Part shown: positions 38,525 to 49,700 of the stretch, piece after piece
How the letters are laid out: each line of letters begins with the position of its first letter
Numbering within the stretch: the first letter of the stretch is position 1
Origin: Candidatus Levyibacteriota bacterium
GTDB taxonomy: Bacteria; Patescibacteriota; Microgenomatia; Levybacterales; UBA12049
Length of the DNA: 64,000 nucleotides
Direction of reading: 5' to 3'
Assembly: GCA_016182185.1 (NCBI GenBank)
Contig: JACOXU010000001.1
Span: 402,915-466,914 of the forward strand
Position numbers and translations under genes: made by a program
Notes under the pieces: generated by a model
Databases searched by the model: none
Seen by the model: the letters and a program-made list of their open reading frames with translations, nothing else
Told to the model about the DNA's origin: nothing

Positions 38525-40639
38525 TTACTGTGCCGAAACTCTTCCTGTAAAGGTAGATTTGGCAAGCATCTGCTCTTGAATATTCCTGGGAACTTCTTCA
38601 TAGTGTGACGGCTCCATATAATAGGATGCTCTTCCCTGCGACATCGATCGCAAAGTCGTGGCATAGCCGGAAAGCTCTGCCAAAGGAACCATGGCAAGTA
38701 TTATTGTAGCACGAGTCCTTTCCTCGGTTCCCAAAATTTGAGCTCTTTTGGAAGATAAATCCCCGATAACATCTCCCATAAATTCAGATGGGGTTGTCAC
38801 TTCAACTTTCATAATTGGCTCCAAAAGTGTAAGCTCTGCTTTTTTGCTAGACGCCTGAAGAGCTTGAGAAGCTGCAATTTTAAATGCCACATCAGATGAA
38901 TCAACATCATGATAGCTTCCGTCATAAACCGTAACTGTCATATCTACCATTGGGTAACCCAGGAGTATCCCATTCTCCATTGTTTCCTTGACTCCTTTTT
39001 CAACTGATGAAACAAATTCTGCCGGAATGGCTCCACCTTTTATGGCATCGACAAATTCAAATCCTTCACCTCGAGGTTTTGGCTCAACGCGCAGGAAACA
39101 ATGTCCATACTGACCACGGCCTCCGCTTTGTCGAATATATTTTCCTTCTGCTTCTGCCATTTTTTTAATAGTCTCCTTATAGGCTACCTGCGGCGCACCA
39201 ACATTGGCAAGCACGCTGAATTCTCTCTTCATTCGGTCAACCATAACCTCGAGTTGCAGTTCTCCGATTCCTGAAATAATCGTCTGGCCTGTCTCATGAT
39301 TTGTTTTAATAACAAATGTCGGATCTTCCTCCGAAAGTCTCTTCAAGGCAAAGCCTAATTTTTCCTGGTCCACCTTGGTCTTGGGTTCAATTGCCAAAGA
39401 AATAACCGGTTCCGGGAAAGAAATCTTTTCCAAAATTATCGGGGCTTTTTGATCACACAATGTATCTCCGGTAACAGTTTCTTTAAGCCCGACGAGTGCT
39501 ACGATTTCACCGGCCACCGCTTCTTTAAGTTCTTCCCTGGTATTGGCGTGCATAAGTAAAATTCGGCCGACTCTTTCTGTTTTATTTTTTGTACTATTAT
39601 GGATATACGAGCCTGATACGACTTTTCCTGAATAGACTCTAAAGTATGTAAGTTTTCCTACGTGAGGATCGATCTGAATTTTGAAGGCAAGTCCTGAAAA
39701 AGGATCCTCTGGAACTAATTTTCTTGCGATAGGCTCATTGGTCTTGGGATCTACACCATGTACTTCTTTAAGATCGACCGGTGAAGGAAGATAATCAATT
39801 ACAGCATCGAGAAGGGGTTGTACTCCCTTATTGCGGAGCGAAGATCCTGCATAAATTGGGACCAATTTATATGCGATTACCGCAGCTCTTAGAGCTTTTT
39901 TTAAGTCCTCCAGCGCTGGTTCTTCGCCTCCCAAATATTTTTCCAAAAGCGCATCATCTGTTTCGGCAATTTTTTCAATAAGTTTATGGCGGTACTTTTC
40001 TACCTCATCTTTCATATCAGCCGGGATTTCATCCGAAACTTCAAATTTGGCACCCAATTCATCTGACCCCCAGACAATTGCCTGACGGGTAAGAAGATCT
40101 ACAGTACCTTTAAATGTTTGCTCTGCTCCGATTGGCAAAACCATTATTGCAGGATTTGCACCTAGCCTGTCTTCAATACTTTTTACAGTTGCCAGAAAAT
40201 CAGCGCCGAGCTTATCCATCTTATTGATAAAGCAGAGCCGTGGCACCTTGTATTTGTCTGCCTGTCTCCAGACAGTTTCGGACTGCGATTGAACTCCTTC
40301 TTCGGCATCTAGTACTGTGATTCCACCGTCAAGAACACGCAAAGATCGCTCTACTTCTGCAGTAAAATCTACATGCCCGGGAGTATCAATAATATTTATT
40401 CTGTGGTCTTTCCAAAAAGCAGTTGTTGCGGCTGATACTATAGTAATGCCTCGTTCTTTCTCCTGCTCCATCCAGTCCATTTGAGTGGTTCCGGCATCAA
40501 TATCCCCAATCTTGTAAGTTTTTCCTGTATAAAACAAAATACGCTCGGTAGTCGTAGTTTTGCCTGCGTCAATATGGGCAATAATTCCGATGTTTCGGAT
40601 TTTGTCTAGTGTATATTCTTTTTTCTTCGTTTCCGCCAT
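38525..40639 (-). CDS. fusA: Elongation factor G
   Basis: [31 protein letters not shown] and [10 protein letters not shown]. Confidence 0.99.
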   Translation of the reverse strand: MAETKKKEYTLDKIRNIGIIAHIDAGKTTTTERILFYTGKTYKIGDIDAGTTQMDWMEQEKERGITIVSAATTAFWKDHRINIIDTPGHVDFTAEVERSLRVLDGGITVLDAEEGVQSQSETVWRQADKYKVPRLCFINKMDKLGADFLATVKSIEDRLGANPAIMVLPIGAEQTFKGTVDLLTRQAIVWGSDELGAKFEVSDEIPADMKDEVEKYRHKLIEKIAETDDALLEKYLGGEEPALEDLKKALRAAVIAYKLVPIYAGSSLRNKGVQPLLDAVIDYLPSPVDLKEVHGVDPKTNEPIARKLVPEDPFSGLAFKIQIDPHVGKLTYFRVYSGKVVSGSYIHNSTKNKTERVGRILLMHANTREELKEAVAGEIVALVGLKETVTGDTLCDQKAPIILEKISFPEPVISLAIEPKTKVDQEKLGFALKRLSEEDPTFVIKTNHETGQTIISGIGELQLEVMVDRMKREFSVLANVGAPQVAYKETIKKMAEAEGKYIRQSGGRGQYGHCFLRVEPKPRGEGFEFVDAIKGGAIPAEFVSSVEKGVKETMENGILLGYPMVDMTVTVYDGSYHDVDSSDVAFKIAASQALQASSKKAELTLLEPIMKVEVTTPSEFMGDVIGDLSSKRAQILGTEERTRATIILAMVPLAELSGYATTLRSMSQGRASYYMEPSHYEEVPRNIQEQMLAKSTFTGRVSAQ

Positions 40640-40739
40640 AAAAAAATAAAACTCGCTCCCGCCCTTTACGGGACGAATTTATTAAACAAAGTATAACATA
40701 TTTCCTATTCATATTCCAGACAGTGATATAATAATTTAG

Positions 40740-41465
40740 ATGAAAAGTGAATCAGTCATTATAAAGAGCGATGGACATAATCTTTCAGGAACTATTATAA
40801 AACCCGATGGAAATGAAAAGATCCCTGCAGTTGTCTTCTATCACGGCATGATAAGCCAGAGTAAACCCCGATATATTAAACGTGCAGAAGAATTAGCAAA
40901 AGTTGGAATTTCCTCTTTGTGCTTTGACTTTCGAGGCTGCGGTGAAAGTGAAGGAAAACTCGGAGAATTAACTTTGAAAGATTGGCTTGACGATTCAATT
41001 TTGGCTTTTGATTATCTTATCAATCAAGAATTCGTCGACAAAGATAGGATTGGAATAATGGGCAAAAGTTTTGGCGGAGAAATGGCAGCGCTTGTTGCTG
41101 AAAAAAGAAACGTTAGATCAATTGTTCTACATGCGCCTGCTGTTTATCCGGATACGTGGTTCGATGATAAATTTACCTGGGATGAAGAAATAAGCAGAAA
41201 AAGAAAAGAATACAGAAATTCAGAGAAAGCCCTGGATAATAATGCGATAAGAGCGATAGAAAAATTCAAAGGCTCATTATTAGTGGTAGGAAGCGAACTT
41301 GACGGTACATGTCCCAAAACTATAGTTAAAGGTTATTATGAACAGGCAGGATCAACAGACAAAAAAATCGAATGGATAAAAGGTGCCGATCATCCGCTCA
41401 AAGACGAATTCCATAACCACCAACTCACAAAACTCATGCTTGATTGGTTCTCAAAAACCCTTTGA
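40740..41465 (+). CDS. Alpha/beta hydrolase (esterase/peptidase S9-like)
   Basis: YHG, FDFRGCGES, nucleophile GKSFGG and GADH. Confidence 0.88.
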   Translation: MKSESVIIKSDGHNLSGTIIKPDGNEKIPAVVFYHGMISQSKPRYIKRAEELAKVGISSLCFDFRGCGESEGKLGELTLKDWLDDSILAFDYLINQEFVDKDRIGIMGKSFGGEMAALVAEKRNVRSIVLHAPAVYPDTWFDDKFTWDEEISRKRKEYRNSEKALDNNAIRAIEKFKGSLLVVGSELDGTCPKTIVKGYYEQAGSTDKKIEWIKGADHPLKDEFHNHQLTKLMLDWFSKTL

Positions 41466-42065
41466 CTAAATTACTGCGAGGACGGAGAAGTATTGATTTT
41501 GCCTTCGTTCTTCTTGCAAATGTCTTTGTAAAGTATCTTCCGGTGCAGCCGAAATTGAAACATGTAAAGGTAACGACCCTTCAGGTCCTTTAATAACAAA
41601 AGATGGATCATGGTTATTATAGTCGAGAAAAAATGGACCGGTTTCTCTTATCGCTTTTCCATTCTCTCCAAACATGGTAACTTTTACCACTTTATAACTT
41701 TCGGTGTGATCTGGAAAATATCTAAAATCTAACCCATATTGTTTGGCAAAGTCAGAAACTGTATCAATGGTTCGGTCGATTAATCCTACTCGCATGGCTG
41801 TATTGGCCGGTGCAGAATTTAAAATTCTAAGATCTATATCGTTTAAGGGGTGGAATCGTTTTCTTTCCGGTTTTACAGAGCTGCCAATAGCTATGACTCC
41901 TATTTTCTCTCCTTGAAAAAATTGACCGTTTTCTTGAAAAGCGGCGATTAATCTTTGGACTCTTTCTCTATCTATTCCGCTAAGAGTATCTAAATATTCA
42001 CTTGATGGAATCTCTCGTCCTCTTTTTCCTCTTACAATTTCTCCAGCTCTTTCTATAATTTGCAT
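41466..42065 (-). CDS. Pol-beta-type nucleotidyltransferase-like protein
   Basis: IAIGSSV..NDIDLRIL matches the GS..DxD motif. Confidence 0.55.
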   Translation of the reverse strand: MQIIERAGEIVRGKRGREIPSSEYLDTLSGIDRERVQRLIAAFQENGQFFQGEKIGVIAIGSSVKPERKRFHPLNDIDLRILNSAPANTAMRVGLIDRTIDTVSDFAKQYGLDFRYFPDHTESYKVVKVTMFGENGKAIRETGPFFLDYNNHDPSFVIKGPEGSLPLHVSISAAPEDTLQRHLQEERRQNQYFSVLAVI

Positions 42066-42077
42066 AAGTTTAAAAAC

Positions 42078-42551
42078 CTACCACTTGAAGTGGGCGAAGG
42101 CGCGATTGGCTTCTGCCATGCGGTGGGCTACATCTCTTTTCTTGACTGCATCTCCCTTGTTTTCCAAAGCATCCATAAATTCTGCTGCCAGTTTTTCAGG
42201 CATTGTATGATATTCTTTGTTGGGTCTTGATTTCGCGGCTTGAATTATCCAGCGGATCGCAAGAGATGTTCTTCTGTCTCCTCTTACTTCAATGGGAACC
42301 TGATATGATGCTCCTCCGACTCTTCTGGCTTTTACCTCCTGTTTGGGCTCTACATTTCCAACACTTTTTTCAAAAACTTCCAAGGCATCCTGCCCCTTTT
42401 CTGAAATAATTTTCAACGCCTGGTAAAAATTTTTTTCAGCCACTGTTTTTTTGCCGTCTTTCATCAAATTATTGATAAACTTTGCCGCAAGCCTACTGTT
42501 ATAAATTTTATCAGGATTTATTTGTCTTTTTTTGGTTTTCTTGTGTCTCAT
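42078..42551 (-). CDS. rpsG: 30S ribosomal protein S7
   Basis: DGKKTVA, RRVGGASYQVP and MAEANRAFAH. Confidence 0.98.
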   Translation of the reverse strand: MRHKKTKKRQINPDKIYNSRLAAKFINNLMKDGKKTVAEKNFYQALKIISEKGQDALEVFEKSVGNVEPKQEVKARRVGGASYQVPIEVRGDRRTSLAIRWIIQAAKSRPNKEYHTMPEKLAAEFMDALENKGDAVKKRDVAHRMAEANRAFAHFKW

Positions 42552-42553
42552 AA

Positions 42554-43033
42554 TTACGCTGTTTCTGCCGGCGTAGGTGATGCCTCAGGAGCCGGTGTTC
42601 CTTGAGCGACTCTTGGAGCACTGCCTCCGCCTCGCTTGGTTCCGTATTTGCTTCTTGATTTCTTCCTTCCCTCAACTCCGGCAAGATCAAATTTTCCTCT
42701 TACAATATGGTACTTTACCCCGGGTAAATCTTTTACTCTTCCTCCCCGGACCAAAACGATTCCGTGCTCAGAAAGTGCATGTCCGATGCCCTGAATATAA
42801 GCAGTCACTTCCATTTTGTTTGAAAGTTTTACTCTTGCGACTTTTCGAAGCGCTGAATTAGGCTTCTTAGGAGTCATTGTTTTGACCAAAGTTACCACGC
42901 CTCTTTTTTGCGAGGACGGAATGTTTTTGTAGACCTGGTTTTTGGCATTAAAGAGTCGTCTTAAAGCTGTTGAACGAGTCTTTTTGATCTTTTTCTTTCT
43001 TTTTTTTCTTGCTAACTGTGATAATGTAGGCAT
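42554..43033 (-). CDS. rpsL: 30S ribosomal protein S12 with C-tail
   Basis: [11 protein letters not shown] and [11 protein letters not shown]. Confidence 0.98.
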   Translation of the reverse strand: MPTLSQLARKKRKKKIKKTRSTALRRLFNAKNQVYKNIPSSQKRGVVTLVKTMTPKKPNSALRKVARVKLSNKMEVTAYIQGIGHALSEHGIVLVRGGRVKDLPGVKYHIVRGKFDLAGVEGRKKSRSKYGTKRGGGSAPRVAQGTPAPEASPTPAETA

Positions 43034-43051
43034 GGCGTATGATTATAGCAT

Positions 43052-46000
43052 TTATTGCGCGGCCTCTTCAACTGCGGCTTGACCTGAATCAACCGGGATA
43101 AGACGTCCGATAATAACGTTCTCCTTAAGCCCGATCAGCTTATCTTCCTGCCCCTGAAGCACCGCTTCTGTGAGAACCTTTGTTGTTTCCTGGAAGGATG
43201 CCGCAGAAAGCCAAGAATCTGAAAATAGAGATGATTTGGTGATCCCCAAAAGAATTTGCCTTGCAGTGGCAGGCTCTCCTCCTTGAGACAGCATCTCCGC
43301 ATTGATCTCTTCAAATCTTTTTTTGGTAATAAAGTCGCCTGGAATAAGCGAAGTGTCTCCAACTGTCTCAACAACTACCTTGTCTGACATTTTTCGCAAT
43401 ACTACTTCAAAATGTTTGTCATTAATTGATATTCCCTGAGATTCATAAACTTTTTGAGCTTCTGAAAGAATGTATCTTTGAGCATCTATTAATCCATTGA
43501 TTCTGAGAATCTCCTTAGGATCAAGGTATCCTTCAGCAAGCGGAGTTCTTGCGGAAATTGTGTCCCCGTCTGCTACTTTAAGCTCTGAAGACATGGGAAT
43601 AAAGTATTCCTTCTCTTCCACCGGTTTTACTCTTGAGTTTCTTATTCTGACTATGTTGCCGTCGTCTGTTTTTTCAATGCCTACCTTCCCTGAAATCTCA
43701 GAAATTGGAGAGAGATTTTTTGGTGTTCTCATTTCGAACAATTCCTCAACACGAGGAAGTCCTTGTGTCACGTCAGACATTACTACTCCTCCGAAATGTC
43801 TGACTCTCATCGTAAGCTGGGTTCCTGGCTCTCCGATCGATTGAGCTGCCATAACTCCAACTGGAACTCCAGGATTTACTTTTTGCTTGGTTGAGAAATC
43901 CCACCCATAGCACTTGGCACACATTCCATAATCAGCCTTACATGTAAGGGGAGACCTAACAATTAATTCTTCGATTCCGCTATCATCGATTAGTTTTACT
44001 TTCTCTTCATCGATCTCTTCTCCTGCCTTAAGAATTATTTTCTTACTCTTTTTGGATGAAATATCTTTGACAGTAAATCTTCCCAAAATTCTATCCGAAA
44101 AAAGAGAAGTTCTATCAGGACTTTCTTTAAGGATTGTAATTCCATCAGTCGTTCCGCAATCTTCGCTTCTTATAATCACATCGTGAGAGACATCAACTAA
44201 CCTTCTAGTTAAATATCCTGCATTTGCGGTTTTAAGCGCCGAATCAGTAAGTCCCTTTCTTGAGCCTCTCGCACTTGCCACATATTCAAAAATTGAAAGT
44301 CCTTCGCGGAAATTGGACTTGATCGGCAGTTCAACTATTTTCCCTAAAGGATCGAGAATAAGCCCTCTCATGGCAGAAAGCTGTTTAACCTGTTCCTTTC
44401 CGGCGCGGGCACCTTCAGAGTCAATAATCATTTTGATTGGATTTTCTCCTTTCAAAATTTTCCAGGTTCGGTCGGCGAGATCATCGGTAGTTTTTAGCCA
44501 AACTTCATTACTTAATCGTTTTCTCTCTTCATTGGTGATTAATCCCTGCTGATACTCAAGCTCTATTTCCGTTATTTTCTTCTCAGCTTCTCTGATATCT
44601 TCCTCCTTCTTAGACACCATTTCATTATCAAAAACTGATACCGATGTTCCTGAAACTGTTGATCCGTAAAAACCCAAAGTTTTTATATTATCAATTAGAG
44701 CCTCTACTTCTTCATGTGAACATTTGGCGATAGCGATTGTAATAAGCTTTTTAATACCCGAGGCTTTAATGGGTGCATTAATGAAATCCAAAACTTGTGG
44801 CAATTTTTCGTTGAAAAGAATTCTTCCAACACTTGTTTCCATCAAATCTGCCTCAATTCTAACTTTGATGGGTTCTCTATATTTAATTCTTCCCAATGAA
44901 TGAGCAAGAATTGCTTCTTGAGCGGACATAAAAATGGGTGAATTTTCTTTCCTTAAAGATTCGTCAATCGTTGTAAGGTAATATACTCCGACTGCCATTT
45001 CCTTATTGGGCAAAGTTATGGGGCTTCCGTCCGCAGGTTTTAGTAAATTATGTCTTGGCATCATAAGACCGATGGCTTCTTCTTTGGCCTGGGAAGATAA
45101 AGGAATATGTACTGCCATTTGATCTCCGTCAAAATCCGCATTATATCCAGCACAGACACAAGGATGAAGGCTGATTGCAGATCCTTCAATCAGAACCGGA
45201 TAAAATGCCTGAATGCCGAGCTTATGAAGCGTTGGAGCGCGGTTTAGTAGCACCGGATGATCTTTGGTAATTTCTTCGAGGATATCAAATACCTCAGGAG
45301 GTCTTTTTTCGATATATCTTTTTGCCGACTTTATGTTTGGAGCAAATCCTCTAACTATGACCTCGCGCAAAACAAAAGGCTTAAACATTTCAAGGGCGAT
45401 TTCTTTGGGGAGTCCGCATTGGTAAAGGTTGAGCTGCGGCCCAACAACAATAACCGAACGTCCTGAATAATCAACTCTTTTACCCAAAAGGTTTTGTCTG
45501 AATCTTCCCTGTTTCCCGCGCAACATATCGGAAAGTGAACGAAGAGGAGACGAAACTACCTGATTGGAACGTTGTGATACATCAATCAATGAGTCAACAG
45601 ATTCTTGAAGCATTCTCTTCTCGTTTCTCAAGATTATTTCAGGCGCCCCCAATGAAATCAAATGCTTAAGTCGGTTATTTCTATTAATTACTCTTCGATA
45701 TAAGTCATTTAAATCAGATGTGGCAAAGCGACCTCCTGCAAGTTGAACCATTGGACGAAGATCAGGGGGAAGAACCGGTAAAACGTTGAGGATCATCGAT
45801 GACGGTGCTACACCGGCTGCCCTCATGGACTCGATAAGGCGAAGCCTCTTAATAAGCTTGAGGTATTTTTGGCCTTTAGATTTCTCTGTTTCGGTTCTTA
45901 ACTTCACAATAAGATCAGGAAGATTAATTTTATTTAAAAGATCAAGAATTCCTTCAGCTCCAGTCTTGAGGGTGAAAAAAACTGGGATATCGTATTCCAA

Positions 46001-46780
46001 AATTTTTGTATATTCATCTTCCGATAAAACTGATCCTACTTTTAAACTCTTTATAAGTTTGGAGAGGGCATCATGTATTTCATCAACTTTTTTTTCTTCC
46101 TCGGAAAGTCTGGTTTGAAGACTTGCGATTCTTTGACGCTCAGTTAGATCCAACTCCTGATAAATGAGATCCTTCTGTTCATTTCGAAGTTTTCCAGTCT
46201 TCACTTCTTTCTTTTTTTCCTTAATCTCGTCAGTAATTTCTTTCTCTTCGGCCGAAATTTCGTCTCTTTGTTGTTTCTTTCTCTTGTAGATATTCTTCAT
46301 AAAGGTTTCAAGAGCTGCTTTTTTCTTCTCTTCATCCATATCGACCACTAAAAATGAAGCGTAATAGACTACAGATTCAAGACTTTTCTGAGGCATATCA
46401 AGAATCAGAGATAAAGGAGAAGTCGAACCTTTGAAAAACCAAACATGCGAAACAGGAGAAGAAAGAACAATATGACCCATCCTTTCTCTTCTTACTCTTG
46501 AAGTCGTTACCTCAACACCACACTTGTCACAAATCACGCCTCTGTGTCTTATTCTTTTGTATTTTCCGCAATAGCATTCCCAGTCTTTTGTGGGCCCAAA
46601 GATTCTTTCGTCAAATAATCCGTCCTTTTCAGGCCTCAAGGTTCTATAGTTTATAGTCTCAGGCTTGGTAACCTCGCCATATGACCATGAAAGTATGTCG
46701 TCTTTACTTGCCAGTAAAATCTTTAATGACTTGAAATCCAAGATAGTTATATCTCTTACTTTTTTATCATTTTTGTTCAT
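43052..46780 (-). CDS. rpoC: RNA polymerase beta' subunit
   Basis: KPETINYRT, NADFDGDQMAVH and QSIGEPGTQLTMR. Confidence 0.99.
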   Translation of the reverse strand: MNKNDKKVRDITILDFKSLKILLASKDDILSWSYGEVTKPETINYRTLRPEKDGLFDERIFGPTKDWECYCGKYKRIRHRGVICDKCGVEVTTSRVRRERMGHIVLSSPVSHVWFFKGSTSPLSLILDMPQKSLESVVYYASFLVVDMDEEKKKAALETFMKNIYKRKKQQRDEISAEEKEITDEIKEKKKEVKTGKLRNEQKDLIYQELDLTERQRIASLQTRLSEEEKKVDEIHDALSKLIKSLKVGSVLSEDEYTKILEYDIPVFFTLKTGAEGILDLLNKINLPDLIVKLRTETEKSKGQKYLKLIKRLRLIESMRAAGVAPSSMILNVLPVLPPDLRPMVQLAGGRFATSDLNDLYRRVINRNNRLKHLISLGAPEIILRNEKRMLQESVDSLIDVSQRSNQVVSSPLRSLSDMLRGKQGRFRQNLLGKRVDYSGRSVIVVGPQLNLYQCGLPKEIALEMFKPFVLREVIVRGFAPNIKSAKRYIEKRPPEVFDILEEITKDHPVLLNRAPTLHKLGIQAFYPVLIEGSAISLHPCVCAGYNADFDGDQMAVHIPLSSQAKEEAIGLMMPRHNLLKPADGSPITLPNKEMAVGVYYLTTIDESLRKENSPIFMSAQEAILAHSLGRIKYREPIKVRIEADLMETSVGRILFNEKLPQVLDFINAPIKASGIKKLITIAIAKCSHEEVEALIDNIKTLGFYGSTVSGTSVSVFDNEMVSKKEEDIREAEKKITEIELEYQQGLITNEERKRLSNEVWLKTTDDLADRTWKILKGENPIKMIIDSEGARAGKEQVKQLSAMRGLILDPLGKIVELPIKSNFREGLSIFEYVASARGSRKGLTDSALKTANAGYLTRRLVDVSHDVIIRSEDCGTTDGITILKESPDRTSLFSDRILGRFTVKDISSKKSKKIILKAGEEIDEEKVKLIDDSGIEELIVRSPLTCKADYGMCAKCYGWDFSTKQKVNPGVPVGVMAAQSIGEPGTQLTMRVRHFGGVVMSDVTQGLPRVEELFEMRTPKNLSPISEISGKVGIEKTDDGNIVRIRNSRVKPVEEKEYFIPMSSELKVADGDTISARTPLAEGYLDPKEILRINGLIDAQRYILSEAQKVYESQGISINDKHFEVVLRKMSDKVVVETVGDTSLIPGDFITKKRFEEINAEMLSQGGEPATARQILLGITKSSLFSDSWLSAASFQETTKVLTEAVLQGQEDKLIGLKENVIIGRLIPVDSGQAAVEEAAQ

Positions 46781-49700
46781 CAGTTACCTCCGCTTCAGGC
46801 GTTGCGGTATCGCCATTTGAAATTACTTGTTCCCCGCCTAATTCTTCCTGAAGCTTCTTCCCTTCCTCTTCTTTCTTTTCTTCCTCGATGGCTTCGGACA
46901 ATGGAAGTTCGGTTAACTTCGGAGTCTCAACCGTTGCCCCCTGAGCAACAACATTTAAGGAAAGTGCCGCAAGTTCTTTTATCAAAACTCTAAATGACTC
47001 GGGGACTTTCGGGGTCGGAATATCGGTTCCTTTAACAATTGCCTCAAAAGATTTTGCCCTTCCTACAACATCGTCTGATTTGATAGTCAACATTTCTTGT
47101 AAAATATATCTTGCTCTGTGTGCTTCAAGCGCCCATACTTCCATTTCTCCCAGTCTTTGACCACCCATCTGAGCCTTTCCTCCCAACGGCTGTTGAGTAA
47201 CAAGCGAGTATGGACCCGTTGATCTGGCATGAGTTTTATCCTCAACCATGTGAATAAGCTTCATTATGTACTCTATGCCTACAACAACCGGATTTTCATA
47301 AGGTTCTCCGGTCCTCCCATCGTAAAGAATCGTCTTCCCATCTTCTGGAAGTTTTGCTTCTTTAAGAAGCGAGATAATCTTGTCCTCACCAATCTCTTCA
47401 AAAACCGGAGCAGAAATTTTAATATTTAATTTCTTGGCTGCCCATCCAAGATGCGCTTCCAAAAGCTGGCCCAAATTCATACGAGCCAAAACACTTATAG
47501 GAGAAATAATTATATCAACTGGCGTTCCGTCGGAAAGATAAGGCATATCTTCGGCAGGTAATATTTTTGAAATTACCCCTTTATTTCCGTGTCTTCCTGC
47601 CAGCTTATCTCCAACGGTAACATGTCTAAATTGCGCAACCTCGACTATAATTTTTTTAATAGTTCCAGGTTCAAGCTCGTCACCTTTTTTCCTATCAAGA
47701 ATATTTACATTTATTACTGTTCCTCTCTCGCCATTTGGTACACGCAAAGATGTATCTCTGACCTCTCTTGCCTGTTCACCAAAAATCGCACGCAGAAGCC
47801 TTTCTTCAGCCGTAAGCTCAGTTTCTCCTTTTGGAGCAATTTTTCCAACCAATATATCACCGGGTCCTACTTCGCTTCCTACAACCACAATTCCGTCCTC
47901 ATCAAGATTGGCTAAATCCTCTTCTGAGACATTTGGAATATCACGAGTAGTTTCTTCGGCTCCAAGCTTGGTTTCAACAACTGCTACATCATATTTCTCA
48001 ATATGAATAGAGGACAGGATATCTTCTTTGATGAGTCTGTCTGAAATAACGATAGCATCTTCGTATCCTAACCCATCAAGCGAAGCGTATGCGATAAGTA
48101 AGTTTTTACCCAGGGCAAGCTCTCCTTTGTCAGATGCCGGACCGTCAATCAAAAGATCTCCATATTTTACCTTATCCCCGGTTGAAACCATAGTTCTTTG
48201 AGTATAAGAGGTTGCCTGCGAACTTCTTTTGAATGAACCGAGCTTGTAAGTAAGTTCCTCTCCCTTTTTTGACTTGACTGTCACTTTAGTAGCATCGGCA
48301 TATATAACTGTTCCATCGTATGGTGCCCTAGTTACTCTACTCATAACTTCTGATACAGCCTGTTCCATGCCAGTGCCTACTACTGGGCTCTCTAAAGAAA
48401 TAAGAGGAACTGCCTGGCACTGCATATGGGTTCCCATAAGAGCTCTATTTGCTTCATCGTGGCTTACAAAGGGAATAAGAGAAGCTGCAGTTCCAACAAC
48501 TTGTCGAGGCACTACATCAACAAATTCCACTTTTTCACTGTCTGCTTCTATAAATTCACCCTTATACCTTACAGGAACGCGCTGCTCCTCAATTGTTCCA
48601 TCTTTTGAAAGAATACCTGCATGCGTAATGTAATGATCCCTTTCATCATCTGCTGCCATATAAACAATTTCATTGGTTGCTTTTATATTTACTTTTTTCC
48701 CTCTTTTGTCTTTGATTATTTTTCTATAAGGAGCTTCAAGAAATCCATATTTATTAACTTTTGAGTAAAGAGTCATATAGGTAACAAGTCCAATATTTGG
48801 TCCTTCAGGACTTCTGATTGGGCAAATTCTTCCATACTGAGAACTGTTGATATCGCGAATCGAAAAGGCCGCCCTTTCCCTTGAAATACCGCCTGTTCCC
48901 ATGACAGTAAGTCGGTTTAAATTATCGACCTCAGACAAGGGATTTGTTTGATCAAGAATGGTTGAAAGTTGTGAGGTTCTGAAAAACTCATTTATCGAGG
49001 CCATTATCGGTCTTGCATTTATGAGCCCTGAGATTGAAACAGGAACGTCTGGTTGGATAAGGCTCATCCTTTCCTTAATACTTCTTTCAAGTCTTAAAAT
49101 TCCAACTCGGAAAGCATTGGTGGCGACCAGTTCTCCAACTCTTCTTACTCTTCGATTTGCAAGACTATCAATATCGTCCACTCCATCTCTTCCCTGAGCA
49201 AGCTCAATCAAAAAATTTATAGTTCCTACAATATCATCAATTGTCAGAACATGTTCTTGTGTTTCTGAAAAACCAGGTATGTCTTTCAGTTTTCGGTTAA
49301 TTTTGTACCTGCCCACGTCTCCCAAATCATATCTTCTATGATTAAAGAACATTCCATTAAAACTTTCTTTTACTTTTTCAAGAACAATCGGCTCACCCGG
49401 ATGTAGCTTTCGGAAAATTTCAACTAAAGCTTCCTGAGAATCTCCAGTTTCATCCTTTTTGAGAGTGTTTTCAATGAATGATGTATTTCCTTTGTCTTCC
49501 GACTCTTTAAATCTTTCCCTGATTTGATCACTGCTTCCAATGCCGATTGCTCGCAAAAAGGTTGTTGCCAGGAATTTTCTTCTTCTGTCAATTCTCACCG
49601 TAATTGTTTCATGTCTTGTAGTTGAAAATTCAAGCCATGATCCGTGAACGGGTCTTATCTCTGCCATATACATTGTCTTTCCCGTAACATTGTCCTCAAT

